Assembly: GCA_030837965.1 (NCBI GenBank)
Contig: JAUTXP010000014.1
Coordinates: 8,605-72,604 of the forward strand
Reading direction: 5' to 3'
Length of the DNA stretch: 64,000 bases
Origin: Acidimicrobiaceae bacterium
GTDB lineage: Bacteria > Actinomycetota > Acidimicrobiia > Acidimicrobiales > JAUTXP01
Below, in pieces: positions 40,003 to 48,846 of this stretch. The notes under the pieces were generated by a model, which saw only the letters and a program-made list of their open reading frames with translations, ran no database searches and was not told the DNA's origin. Position 1 is the first letter of the stretch; each line of letters starts with the position of its first letter. The position numbers and the translations under genes are program-made.

Positions 40003-41850
40003 GTGCCCAAGACGGTGGAGGTGGGACGGACCGGGTTCGTGTGGGACGGGACCGAGCACCGCTTCCTGTCCGGCGAGGTCCACCCGTGGCGCCTCGACCC
40101 CGCCGACTGGCCCACCGTGCTCGACGCGGTGGCCGGCCTCGGCTTCCAGGCCGTGTCGCTCTACGTGCCGTGGTTCGTGCACGAGACGGGGCCGGGCCGG
40201 TTCGACTTCACCGGGGCCCGTGACGTGGAGTGGTTTCTGGCCCTCGTCCACGAGCGGGGCATGAAGGCCATGGTCCGCATCGGGCCGGACGCAGGCGGGG
40301 AGTTGGAGACGTCGGGCTGGCCTCGGCGCATCCTGGACGACCCGGCCTGTCAGGCGTTGCGGCCCAACGGCCTGCCCTACTTGTTGGTGACCGCGACCGG
40401 CCACTGCTTCCCGCCGTCCTACGCGTCCCGCACAGTCTTGCGCGAAGTCGAGCGGTGGTACGACGAGGTCGTGCCCCGGCTGGCCCGGTGGCAGCACCCG
40501 GACGGGCCGGTCGTGGCCTGCCAGGTGGACAACGAGTTGGGCTACCACTTCCAGGCCCACACCTACGCGCTCGACTACCACCCCGACGCGGTCGAGGGCT
40601 TCCGACAGTTCGTGGGCGACCCCACCGCGGAGCCGCCGCGCGACGGGGCCGACGAGGGCGTTCTCGAGTCCCGCAAGCTCGACTGGGTCCGGTGGAAGGA
40701 GCACCACCTGCGGGCCACCTTGGCCACGCTGGCCGACTGGGCGAGGGCCAAGGGCATGGACCGCGTGCCCATCGTGCACAACGACTACCCGCGGCTCACC
40801 AGCCCGCAGGACTTGGGCGCGCTCGAGGCCAGCGGGGCGGTGGACCTGGCCATGGCCGACATCTACACGACCCGCCACGGCGGCCGCTTCGTGCGCGACC
40901 TGGTCCGCCATCTGTGCGGCTCGTCGCGCCTGCCGTTCCTCGCCGAGTTGGGCGCGGGCTGGCTCACCCTGCCGTGGCTCCTTCCCACGGCCAGCATCCC
41001 CTACGACGAAGAGGTCGTGTCCTTGCGGGCCATGCTCGGCGGGGCCAGGGCGGCCAACGTCTACATGCTCGTGGAGCGGGACCGCTGGTACGGAAGCCCC
41101 TTGTCCCGCAAGGGGGAACGGCGTGAGCCCAAGGCGTCGTTCTACCCCCGGCTGCACGACGTGCTGGACCGGTTGCGGCTCGAGGAACTGGAGCGAGTGG
41201 CGCCCGTGCTGCTGGTCGAGAACAGAGACGAGGGCAGGCGGGTGGCCGCCCGCCAGACACTGGGCGGGATCGTCCCCTGCTTCAACCAGGTCATGCCCCT
41301 CGACCCGCGCGTGACCGAGGTGCCTTCGCCCGACACGGACACGTTGCGGACATGGGAGAAGGGCTTGGGCGACGTGGTCGACGCGGCCGGACTCGACTGC
41401 GACCACGCCTCGTCGGCCGCCCTTCCCGACCTGTCCCGATACGAGGTCGTGCTGATGCCCGTCCTCGACCGGAGCCATGACGACGGCATGCTGGACGGGC
41501 TGCGAGTCGCCGCCGGCCGAGGGGTGAAGGTGGCCGTCGGACCGGCGCCCGTCGACGGCCTGACCGGCCTGGCCTCGCCGCTGGACGCGGCCCGTTTGCT
41601 GCCCTCGCCGGTGGTGGGCCGCGACGACGAGCGCGTCGACCTGACCGTGTGGCGCAACGACGATCGCCTGGTGGTGGTGGCGGCCAACTCGTGCGACGAG
41701 GACGTGACCGTCACGCTGCGGTTCGAGCCCGGCCGGGCGGCCAAGCTCGAAGGCCTGTGGCGCGACGAGGTGGTCGGGGTCGACTCGGCGGGCACAGCCA
41801 CGGTGACGCTGGCGCCCTTCGAGGTGCAGGTGTGGGAGGCGACCCGGTGA
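40003..41850 (+). CDS. Glycoside hydrolase family 35-like beta-galactosidase
   Basis: 615 aa. It has FLSGEVHPWRL...GFQAVSLYVPWFVHE...GRFDFTG and the acid/base segment CQVDNELGYHF. Confidence 0.7.
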   Translation: MPKTVEVGRTGFVWDGTEHRFLSGEVHPWRLDPADWPTVLDAVAGLGFQAVSLYVPWFVHETGPGRFDFTGARDVEWFLALVHERGMKAMVRIGPDAGGELETSGWPRRILDDPACQALRPNGLPYLLVTATGHCFPPSYASRTVLREVERWYDEVVPRLARWQHPDGPVVACQVDNELGYHFQAHTYALDYHPDAVEGFRQFVGDPTAEPPRDGADEGVLESRKLDWVRWKEHHLRATLATLADWARAKGMDRVPIVHNDYPRLTSPQDLGALEASGAVDLAMADIYTTRHGGRFVRDLVRHLCGSSRLPFLAELGAGWLTLPWLLPTASIPYDEEVVSLRAMLGGARAANVYMLVERDRWYGSPLSRKGERREPKASFYPRLHDVLDRLRLEELERVAPVLLVENRDEGRRVAARQTLGGIVPCFNQVMPLDPRVTEVPSPDTDTLRTWEKGLGDVVDAAGLDCDHASSAALPDLSRYEVVLMPVLDRSHDDGMLDGLRVAAGRGVKVAVGPAPVDGLTGLASPLDAARLLPSPVVGRDDERVDLTVWRNDDRLVVVAANSCDEDVTVTLRFEPGRAAKLEGLWRDEVVGVDSAGTATVTLAPFEVQVWEATR

Positions 41851-42497
41851 TCGATCCCGGCGTGGCCATCGTGGACGTGGACCCCGAGGCCTTCGCCCAT
41901 CTCAACGCGGTCTTGTCCAAGCGGGACAGGTCCGGGCCCAGCAGCGTCACCGTCGTCCACGACGGCATCGAGTCGGTCGGCGACCTCGCTTCTCTGCGGC
42001 AAGCGCACGGGGTGGACGAGGTGGTGCTGCTGGACAGGCGCGGCTTGGACGACCTGTCGGGCCAGTTGGTCGAGTTGGCCCGCCAGACCGACGACCAGGG
42101 CGACCTGTTGGTGCAGTGCAGGCAGGCCTACGTCGGCCACTGGGCGGTGACCATCGTGCCGCCGCCCGCCACGACGAACGCCGTGGGGTCGGGCCCGGCC
42201 GAGGGCGAGTCCGGTTGGGCGCCGGTCCAGCGGCTGCTGGCCAGCGTGCCCGACGGCCAGTGGGTCGCGGCGATGGCGGGCGAGTGGTCGTTGGCCGCCC
42301 AGGTCCGAGGCGGTCGCATCGTGCGCATCACGTCCGATTGGCCTGCGGACGCGGTGATGGCCGCTTCGCTTCGCGGCCCGGTCGCTGCGTTCGACGAGGT
42401 CTTGTCCGCCCCCGACCCGCTGGCTGCGCTGCGGACGAGGGTGGCATCTGGGGAAGTCGCCATCGACGTGCGGGAGGGGATCGAATGGCCGGCCTGA
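41847..42497 (+). CDS. Hypothetical protein (216 aa)
   Basis: GTG 41847 within ORF 41649..42497, in a GTGA overlap with the GH35 stop. No family recognised. Confidence 0.5.
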   Translation: MIDPGVAIVDVDPEAFAHLNAVLSKRDRSGPSSVTVVHDGIESVGDLASLRQAHGVDEVVLLDRRGLDDLSGQLVELARQTDDQGDLLVQCRQAYVGHWAVTIVPPPATTNAVGSGPAEGESGWAPVQRLLASVPDGQWVAAMAGEWSLAAQVRGGRIVRITSDWPADAVMAASLRGPVAAFDEVLSAPDPLAALRTRVASGEVAIDVREGIEWPA

Positions 42498-43318
42498 CTG
42501 CCGAGCAACGGGCGCGATACGACAAGGACGGCTATCTCGTCCTGCCCGCCCTGTTCAATCGCAGGGAGGTGAACTCGATGGCCAACGAGGCCACCCGACT
42601 CGCCCAGTGGCAGGTGGCCATCTCGTTGGCCTTGGGCGCCCCAACCCCCCGCCTCGACGTGCAGCGCAGGGGCGACGACGTGGTGCTGCGCAAGCTCCAG
42701 CCCGTCAACGACGTGTCGCCCGTGTTCGCCCGCTACTCGCGGGACGAGCGCCTGCTGCACCCGCTGCGCGACCTGCTCGGCTGCGAGCCCGTGCTCATGG
42801 AGGAGAAGCTCAACTACAAGCAGGTGCTCCCGGGGAGCCCGGACGTGGTGACCGGCGACGACCCGGACGAGTCCTTCCCCTTCCACACCGACATCGCCTA
42901 CTTCTGGCTGGACGGCTATCCGATCGAGACAGTGTCGTCGGCCATCTCGATCGACGAGACCACCATCGACAACGGGCCCATCATCGTGGTGCCCGGTTCG
43001 CACAAGCGGCAGTGGCCCCATCGCGAGGGCTGGCCGCCGGTACTGGCCGACGGGGCCGTGGACGAGGCCGACTGCGTGCCCCTGCTGGCCCCGCCCGGCT
43101 CGGTGTTCGTCTTCCACTCCGCGCTGGTGCACGCGTCGAGCCAGAACCACACTCGCGAGCCGCGGCGCATCATCATCTTCAGCCACTACCCGGAGACGCA
43201 TCGGGTCGAGTTCGACAAGCGCAACCGCGAGCTGCGCAGACGGGGCCGGGCCGCGGAGGAGCGCTACGAGGAGCTGGTGTACTCCGGCGCCAAGGTGCCC
43301 GAGTACCGCTTGCGATGA
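42485..43318 (+). CDS. Phytanoyl-CoA dioxygenase (PhyH) family Fe(II)/2-oxoglutarate oxygenase
   Basis: ATG 42485 within ORF 42116..43318. It has YDKDGYLVLPALF, the HxD motif in FPFHTDIAYF and a distal His in FHSALVHAS. Confidence 0.75.
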   Translation: MAGLTAEQRARYDKDGYLVLPALFNRREVNSMANEATRLAQWQVAISLALGAPTPRLDVQRRGDDVVLRKLQPVNDVSPVFARYSRDERLLHPLRDLLGCEPVLMEEKLNYKQVLPGSPDVVTGDDPDESFPFHTDIAYFWLDGYPIETVSSAISIDETTIDNGPIIVVPGSHKRQWPHREGWPPVLADGAVDEADCVPLLAPPGSVFVFHSALVHASSQNHTREPRRIIIFSHYPETHRVEFDKRNRELRRRGRAAEERYEELVYSGAKVPEYRLR

Positions 43319-43325
43319 TGGCGGC

Positions 43326-45197
43326 ATGAGGCGCCCGCTCACCGAGGTCGCGTCCTGGCCGTCGGTGCGGGCCGACGGTCCTGTTGACGAGATCGTCTCA
43401 GCGGGCTCGAACGTGGTCGAACTGGCGTCGGGTGCGTCTGTCCCCGTCTGGCTGACCGAGCCGGTCGACGGCGTGTGCCGCATCACGGTGGGCGGCCCGC
43501 CCGCGGCCTCGCCCGTGTTGGTGGACGGCCTGTCGGACCGGCCGTGGACGGGCCCGCTCGAAGGCTGGGCCGCGGCCGCGCTGGCGCCCAGGTCGGGCAG
43601 CGGCCGCCGGGCGGACGGAGGCTGGATGGTGTCGCTCCCGCTGGCCCCCGAGGCCGCGGTCTACGGCGGGGGCGAGAGCTTCCAGGGCCCGGACCTGCGG
43701 GGCCGGAGGCGGACGCTGGTCAACGTGGAGACGCACGGCGCGTCGGGCTACGACCTGTCCTATCTCAACGTGCCCTTCCTCTGGTCGAACGGGTGGGGCG
43801 TGCTGTGCCCCTCGGGCGGGCCGGTGGTGGCCGACGTGGGCGCCACCCATTCGGAGACCGCCTTCGTCGGGACCGAGGACGACGTGCTCGACCTGTTCGT
43901 CTTGCGAGGCGAGCCGCTCGACCTGCTGCGCCAGTACCACGCGCTGAGCGGCCTGCCCGGCCGCTTCCCCGAATGGGCGTTGGGCCTGTGGACCAGTCGA
44001 TGCTCGTATCTCTCCGAGGCCGAGATCGCCGAGGTGCTCGACGGGTACGAGGCGGCCGACTGCCCGGTCGACGTGGTGCACGTCGATGCGTGGGTGGCAG
44101 GCAACGTCATCGAGGACCTGGCCTGCAACTGGACGGTCGACCGGACCCGCTTCCCCGAGGGGTGGGTGCAGCGGTTGGGCGAGCGAGGCGTGCGCGTTTC
44201 GCTGTGGCACAACCCGTACGTGGTGAAGGGGTCGGAGCGGGCCGCGGAGTTGGAGTCGCTCGGGCTGTTGGTGCCGGGCGCGGTCACGGCCGACAAGGAC
44301 GACCGCCTCATCATCGACTTCACCAACCCGGCCGCGGTGGAGTGGTGGCACGAGCGGGTGCGAGAGACGGTGGCGTCGGAGGGCATCCACGCCTTCAAGC
44401 CCGACTTCGCCGAGGAACTGCCGGAGGGGGCGACCCTGTTCGACGGCAGGCCGAGTCGAGCAGCGCGCAACGAGTATTCGCTGCTGTACCAACGGGCCAC
44501 GCACGACGCCATGGGCGGAGACGAGGTGGCCTTGTTCTGCCGGTCGGGCACGACGGGCGCGCAGCGCTATCCGTGCCACTGGGTGGGGGACACGCCGTCG
44601 ACGTGGCCCGGACTGGTGACCGCGCTGCGGGCGTGCCTGTCGCTGTCGCTGTCCGGCTTCGCCTTCGTGAGCCACGACGTGGGCGGGTTCTGGACGGGCG
44701 GCAGCCAGGCGTGGGTGGAAGAGGCGTTCAAGGTCATGGACAACCGGGACGTGCCCGCCGACGTGGAGCCCGAGCTGTTCGGGCGCTGGGCCCAGTGGGG
44801 CGCGCTGTCGCCCGTGCTGCGATTCCACGGGACCGGCCGTCGCGAGCCGTGGGCCTATCCCGACCCATGGGGCTCGGCCGCGGTGGCCGCGTGCCGACTG
44901 CGCAACGACGTCCTGCGCCCCTATTTGGCCAAGGCCGCGGCGCAGGCGTCGTCCGAAGGCGTGCCCATGATGCGCCCGCCCGCGCTGACCCATCCCGAGG
45001 CGCGGGTCGACTCGTTGCAGTTCTTGTTGGGCGACGACGTACTGGTCGCGCCCCTGCTGGCGCCCGGCGGCACGCGCACGTTCTGGGTCCCGCCCGGCCG
45101 GTGGTCGCCGCTGCTCGGGTTGACGGCCGTGGAGGGGCCGGGCTGGATCACGGTCGAGTGCGGCCCCGAGCAGTTCCCTGCTTGGGTGCGCGACTGA
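43326..45197 (+). CDS. Glycoside hydrolase family 31 (alpha-glucosidase/alpha-xylosidase-like)
   Basis: 623 aa with the nucleophile region IHAFKPDFAEE, then HWVGDTPSTW and SHDVGGF. Confidence 0.75.
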   Translation: MRRPLTEVASWPSVRADGPVDEIVSAGSNVVELASGASVPVWLTEPVDGVCRITVGGPPAASPVLVDGLSDRPWTGPLEGWAAAALAPRSGSGRRADGGWMVSLPLAPEAAVYGGGESFQGPDLRGRRRTLVNVETHGASGYDLSYLNVPFLWSNGWGVLCPSGGPVVADVGATHSETAFVGTEDDVLDLFVLRGEPLDLLRQYHALSGLPGRFPEWALGLWTSRCSYLSEAEIAEVLDGYEAADCPVDVVHVDAWVAGNVIEDLACNWTVDRTRFPEGWVQRLGERGVRVSLWHNPYVVKGSERAAELESLGLLVPGAVTADKDDRLIIDFTNPAAVEWWHERVRETVASEGIHAFKPDFAEELPEGATLFDGRPSRAARNEYSLLYQRATHDAMGGDEVALFCRSGTTGAQRYPCHWVGDTPSTWPGLVTALRACLSLSLSGFAFVSHDVGGFWTGGSQAWVEEAFKVMDNRDVPADVEPELFGRWAQWGALSPVLRFHGTGRREPWAYPDPWGSAAVAACRLRNDVLRPYLAKAAAQASSEGVPMMRPPALTHPEARVDSLQFLLGDDVLVAPLLAPGGTRTFWVPPGRWSPLLGLTAVEGPGWITVECGPEQFPAWVRD

Positions 45198-45207
45198 TCG
45201 GTCGGTT

Positions 45208-46749
45208 GTGGGTCGCATGACGTGGTGGGACGGGGCGACCGTCTACCAGTGCTACATCCGTTCCTTCGCCGACGGCAATGGCGACGGCGTGGGCGACCTC
45301 ATCGGGCTGCGCTCGCGGCTTGCCTACTTGAAGTGGCTCGGCGTCGATGCGGTCTGGATCACGCCGTTCTACCGGTCGCCGATGGTCGACCACGGCTACG
45401 ACGTTTCCGACCCGCGTGACGCGGACCCGCTGTTCGGCACGCTGGCCGACTTCGACGGGTTGGTGGACGAGGCCCACCGCTTGGGGCTGCGCGTGCTGAT
45501 CGACGTGATCCCCAACCACACGTCGGACCGGCATCCGTGGTTTCAGGCCGCGCTGGCCGCGCCTGTGGGCGCGCCGGAGCGGGACCGCTACATCTGGCGG
45601 GACCCGGCGCCCGACGGCGGGCCCCCCAACAACTGGCGATCGGTGTTCGGCGGGCCCGCGTGGACGTTGGACGAGCGGTCCGGCCAGTTCTGGCTGCACC
45701 TGTTCGCGCCCGAGCAGCCCGACCTCAACTGGCGCAATCCCGAGGTTGCGGCCGACGCCGAGGCCACCTTGCGCTTCTGGCTCGACCGGGGCGTGGACGG
45801 GTTCCGCATCGACGTGGCCCACGGGCTGTTCAAGGACGCCCGGCTGCGGGACAACCCCGAGTGGACGGGGGAGGGCGTGAAGGAGCTGTGGGGCATGGAG
45901 CAGCGCCACTCCTTCGACCAGCCCGAGGTCCACGACGTGTATCGGCGGTGGCGGCGGCTGGTCGAGTCGTACGGCGAGGACCGGGTGCTGTTGGGCGAGG
46001 TGTTCCTGTGGGACCCGGCCAGGGTGGCCGCCTATGTGCGCGAGGACGAGCTGCACCTGGCGTTCTCCTTCATGCTGCTGGGCCAGCGGTGGGAGGCGGA
46101 CAATCTGCGCCGGGCCATCGAGTGGTCGGCCCAGAACTCGGCGTGGGCCTTGTCCAACCACGACCTGCCCCGCCACGCCACCCGGTTCGGGGGCGTGGTC
46201 GAACGGGCCCGGGCCGCGGCGTTGCTGCTGCTGGGACTGCCGGGCACGGCCGTGCTGTACCAAGGCGAGGAACTGGGGCTGGAGGACGCGGAGGTTCCCG
46301 AGGAGGCCAGACAGGACCCGATCTGGTTTCGCAGCGGCGGGACGGTGACGGGCCGGGACCCGAGTCGGGTGCCGCTGCCGTGGGCCGTGTCTCGGCCGCC
46401 CGCGTTCGGCTTCTGCCCGGACGGCGTGTCGCCCTGGCTGCCCATGCCCGCCGACTGGGGCGAGCGCAGTGTGGAGGCCCAGCAGGATGACGGCGCGTCA
46501 ATCCTGTCGCTGTACCGCCGGGCCTTGGTCTTGCGCCCGACGTTGAGCGGTCCGTTGGAGTGGCTCGACTCGTCGGCCGCGCCCTTCGCCTACCGCCGGG
46601 GCGAGGTGGACGTGCTGGTCAACGTGGGCGACGCACCGGTGCCGTTGCCCGCGGGCGACGTGATCTTGTGGAGCGCGTCGACGCCGCTCGGGCTCAGATC
46701 GACGCGGGTCCTGCCGCCGGACAGCGCCGTCTGGCTCCACCCCCGCTGA
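45208..46749 (+). CDS. Glycoside hydrolase family 13 alpha-glucosidase (oligo-1,6-glucosidase-like)
   Basis: 513 aa with YQCYIRSFADGNGDGVGDL, DVIPNHTS, GVDGFRIDVAHGL, LLGEVF and SNHD. An alternative start is ATG 45217. Confidence 0.88.
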   Translation: MGRMTWWDGATVYQCYIRSFADGNGDGVGDLIGLRSRLAYLKWLGVDAVWITPFYRSPMVDHGYDVSDPRDADPLFGTLADFDGLVDEAHRLGLRVLIDVIPNHTSDRHPWFQAALAAPVGAPERDRYIWRDPAPDGGPPNNWRSVFGGPAWTLDERSGQFWLHLFAPEQPDLNWRNPEVAADAEATLRFWLDRGVDGFRIDVAHGLFKDARLRDNPEWTGEGVKELWGMEQRHSFDQPEVHDVYRRWRRLVESYGEDRVLLGEVFLWDPARVAAYVREDELHLAFSFMLLGQRWEADNLRRAIEWSAQNSAWALSNHDLPRHATRFGGVVERARAAALLLLGLPGTAVLYQGEELGLEDAEVPEEARQDPIWFRSGGTVTGRDPSRVPLPWAVSRPPAFGFCPDGVSPWLPMPADWGERSVEAQQDDGASILSLYRRALVLRPTLSGPLEWLDSSAAPFAYRRGEVDVLVNVGDAPVPLPAGDVILWSASTPLGLRSTRVLPPDSAVWLHPR

Positions 46750-46760
46750 CCCCCCTTCGA

Positions 46761-46791
46761 CTTTTCCACTTCACCTGCTGCTGTGGAAAAG
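46761..46791. repeat. Hairpin repeat family A, copy 4 (degenerate, 2 stem mismatches)
   Basis: CTTTTCCACTTCA-CCTGC-TGCTGTGGAAAAG lies between convergent genes. The stop codon of the minus-strand hydrolase (46771-46773) sits inside the left arm. Confidence 0.85.
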
Positions 46792-47457
46792 ATCGAGGAG
46801 GGCGGTGGCGATGGGGGCGGCGGGGAGTTGGAGGTCGGCCGGGAACGGCACTTCGACCAGTTCCGCATCCGGCAGCCTGGCCGCCAGCGAGCGGGCCACC
46901 TCCATCGGGTGCAGGCCGTCGTCGGGCCAGGCGATGACCAGCGCGGGGACGCGCACGTCGGCCGGGTCGGGGACGGGCATGCCCACGGACAGGTCGCGCC
47001 ACAGGGCGAGCAGATGCTCGGGTGGGAAGCGGGCCGCCCAGAAGTCGGCCATGGGCTCGCCCGCGGCCCGCAAGGCGTCGAACCCGCCCGCCTCGAGCGT
47101 GTCGGCCAGCCAGTCGAGGTAGCCACGCGCGCCCTCGGGGGCACGGGACGAGCCGTCGAAAGCGGGGCCGATCTGCACGAGCGCGGAGCAGCGGGCGTCG
47201 GGCTGTACGGCGTAGGCCAGGGACACGGCCGCACCCATGGACACGCCGCCGACCACGGCGCCGTCGGTCACGTGCGGGCGCACCTCGTCGACCATGGCGG
47301 CCAGCGACAGGCCCATGAGGTCAGGCGTGACCACCTCGACGTCCCGGTCGGCCAGCAGCGGCGCCACCCCGTCGAACTGCGAGTGGTCCTGCCCCATCCC
47401 GTGGAGCAGGACCAATCGGCCCCCCTGCAAGCGCGGCCGGGCAGCGTCGTCCGGCAT
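46771..47457 (-). CDS. Alpha/beta hydrolase
   Basis: ATG 47457 within ORF 46771..47625. It has LVLLHGMGQDH and the nucleophile elbow GVSMGAAV. Confidence 0.7.
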   Translation of the reverse strand: MPDDAARPRLQGGRLVLLHGMGQDHSQFDGVAPLLADRDVEVVTPDLMGLSLAAMVDEVRPHVTDGAVVGGVSMGAAVSLAYAVQPDARCSALVQIGPAFDGSSRAPEGARGYLDWLADTLEAGGFDALRAAGEPMADFWAARFPPEHLLALWRDLSVGMPVPDPADVRVPALVIAWPDDGLHPMEVARSLAARLPDAELVEVPFPADLQLPAAPIATALLDLFHSSR

Positions 47458-47545
47458 GCGCCTATAACACCGCAAAAGGTGATGAAAGACAAGACCTCGA
47501 ACTAACCTGGCGGCAGCATTCGCTGGGGACCGCAAGGGGGATGTC

Positions 47546-47989
47546 GTGCGACGTGGACGGGTGACTCGGGTGCTGGTGTTGGGCGCCGCGCTGGCGGGCG
47601 CGGGCGCAGTCGTCGCTCCGGCCATGGCCGCCCACTACGACCCGGGTCGAGACGGGTGGGTGACCGACTGCTCGGCCGTTCCGGGGTTCGACAGCAGCAG
47701 GGCGGTCAGCGGGTTCCAGCCCTGGGCGGGCACCGGCACCGGTAGCGGGACGTGGTACGGCGTGCGCAGCGGCGATCCCTATTACGTGGCCAACGTGAAC
47801 CCCGACGCCAACAACCCGTCGGCCACGGTGGCCGTCTGGCAGCCGTGGTACGACGCCACCCCGCAGGCTGCCGGCCTGGTGCAGGGCCCGTGGTTCATCG
47901 ACATGTCGGTCACCGTCGACCGCAACGGCCCGCACGTGTGCAACGGGAACAGCAACTTCCCCCCCGTGCACAAGCCCGTCACCCAGTAA
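47546..47989 (+). CDS. Small secreted hypothetical protein (147 aa)
   Basis: Signal peptide MRRGRVTRVLVLGAALAGAGAVVAPAMA, an AGGGGG RBS upstream and a TAA stop. A perfect hairpin follows. No family recognised. Confidence 0.6.
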   Translation: MRRGRVTRVLVLGAALAGAGAVVAPAMAAHYDPGRDGWVTDCSAVPGFDSSRAVSGFQPWAGTGTGSGTWYGVRSGDPYYVANVNPDANNPSATVAVWQPWYDATPQAAGLVQGPWFIDMSVTVDRNGPHVCNGNSNFPPVHKPVTQ

Positions 47990-48005
47990 GAACCCCCTTC
48001 CCCGC

Positions 48006-48052
48006 TTCTGGGCACCTTTTCTTCGCCATACGACAAGAAAAGGTGCCCAGAA
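48006..48052. terminator. Perfect 18-bp stem-loop (TTCTGGGCACCTTTTCTT / AAGAAAAGGTGCCCAGAA, 11-nt loop)
   Basis: Seen directly, 16 nt after the TAA stop of the 47546 gene. It is preceded by CCCCCTTCCCC and has no T-tract. Confidence 0.65.
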
Positions 48053-48141
48053 CGGCAATGCGCGACGCGACGGCGGCGGGCCTCAGGGCGAGCGGGCTTG
48101 GGGGCACGGCCGAACGCCTTTGCCACCATTACCGTTGGGCC

Positions 48142-48846
48142 ATGCCCGGGCGTCAGCGCATCCCTCGACCGCCCGCCTACCGCCCCGGCGGACCGCCGCC
48201 GTGGGCCCCGCTGGCCGCCGGGTCGAAGTCCCGCATCGGCGTGGACGATGTGCGCGCCGCCATGGCCACCATGGGTCCGGCCAAGCCGTGGCCTCCGGCC
48301 GTGCCCGCCGGCCAACTCCCGTTCGAAGGCAGGCCCGCGGCCGTCCTCGTGCCCGTGTTCGAAGAGGACGGACAGGCCCGTGTCATCCTCACCCGCCGCA
48401 GCGACAAGCTGCGCTCCCACACAGGCGAGGTCTCCTTCCCGGGGGGCAGGCTCGACCCCGAGGAGTCGCCGTTGGCCGCGGCCTTGCGGGAGGCAGGCGA
48501 GGAGATCGGCCTCGACCCCGGCGACGTCGAGATCCTGGGCCAACTCGAACCGTTGGCCACGTTGTCCAGCCGTTCGGGCATCACCCCGTTCGTAGGCGTC
48601 CTGCCCAGCCGGCCCGTGCTGCGCCCTAACCCGCACGAGGTCGAGCACGCTTTCGACGTGGCCTTGGTCGAGTTGTTGGATGAGGCCGTCTACCGCGAGG
48701 AGCGGTGGGACACGCCCTGGGGCGACGACCGCCCGGTCCACTTCTTCGACCTGCCCGACGACGTGGTGTGGGGCGCCACCGCCCGCATCCTCCACCAACT
48801 CCTCGAACTGATCGCGCGCAACGTCCTCAGCGGGCGAACAGGCTGA
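48142..48846 (+). CDS. NUDIX hydrolase (CoA pyrophosphatase-like)
   Basis: In ORF 47752..48846. Nudix box GGRLDPEESPLAAALREAGEEIGL. The start is uncertain (ATG 48142 or ATG 48058). Confidence 0.75.
   Translation: MPGRQRIPRPPAYRPGGPPPWAPLAAGSKSRIGVDDVRAAMATMGPAKPWPPAVPAGQLPFEGRPAAVLVPVFEEDGQARVILTRRSDKLRSHTGEVSFPGGRLDPEESPLAAALREAGEEIGLDPGDVEILGQLEPLATLSSRSGITPFVGVLPSRPVLRPNPHEVEHAFDVALVELLDEAVYREERWDTPWGDDRPVHFFDLPDDVVWGATARILHQLLELIARNVLSGRTG

Noticed and set aside
43398-45220. A 606-aa minus-strand ORF and a 581-aa plus-strand alternative-frame ORF across the GH31 gene.
   Set aside because: The 43326-45197 frame carries the GH31 catalytic motifs. The others are Arg/Gly/Pro-rich shadow frames.
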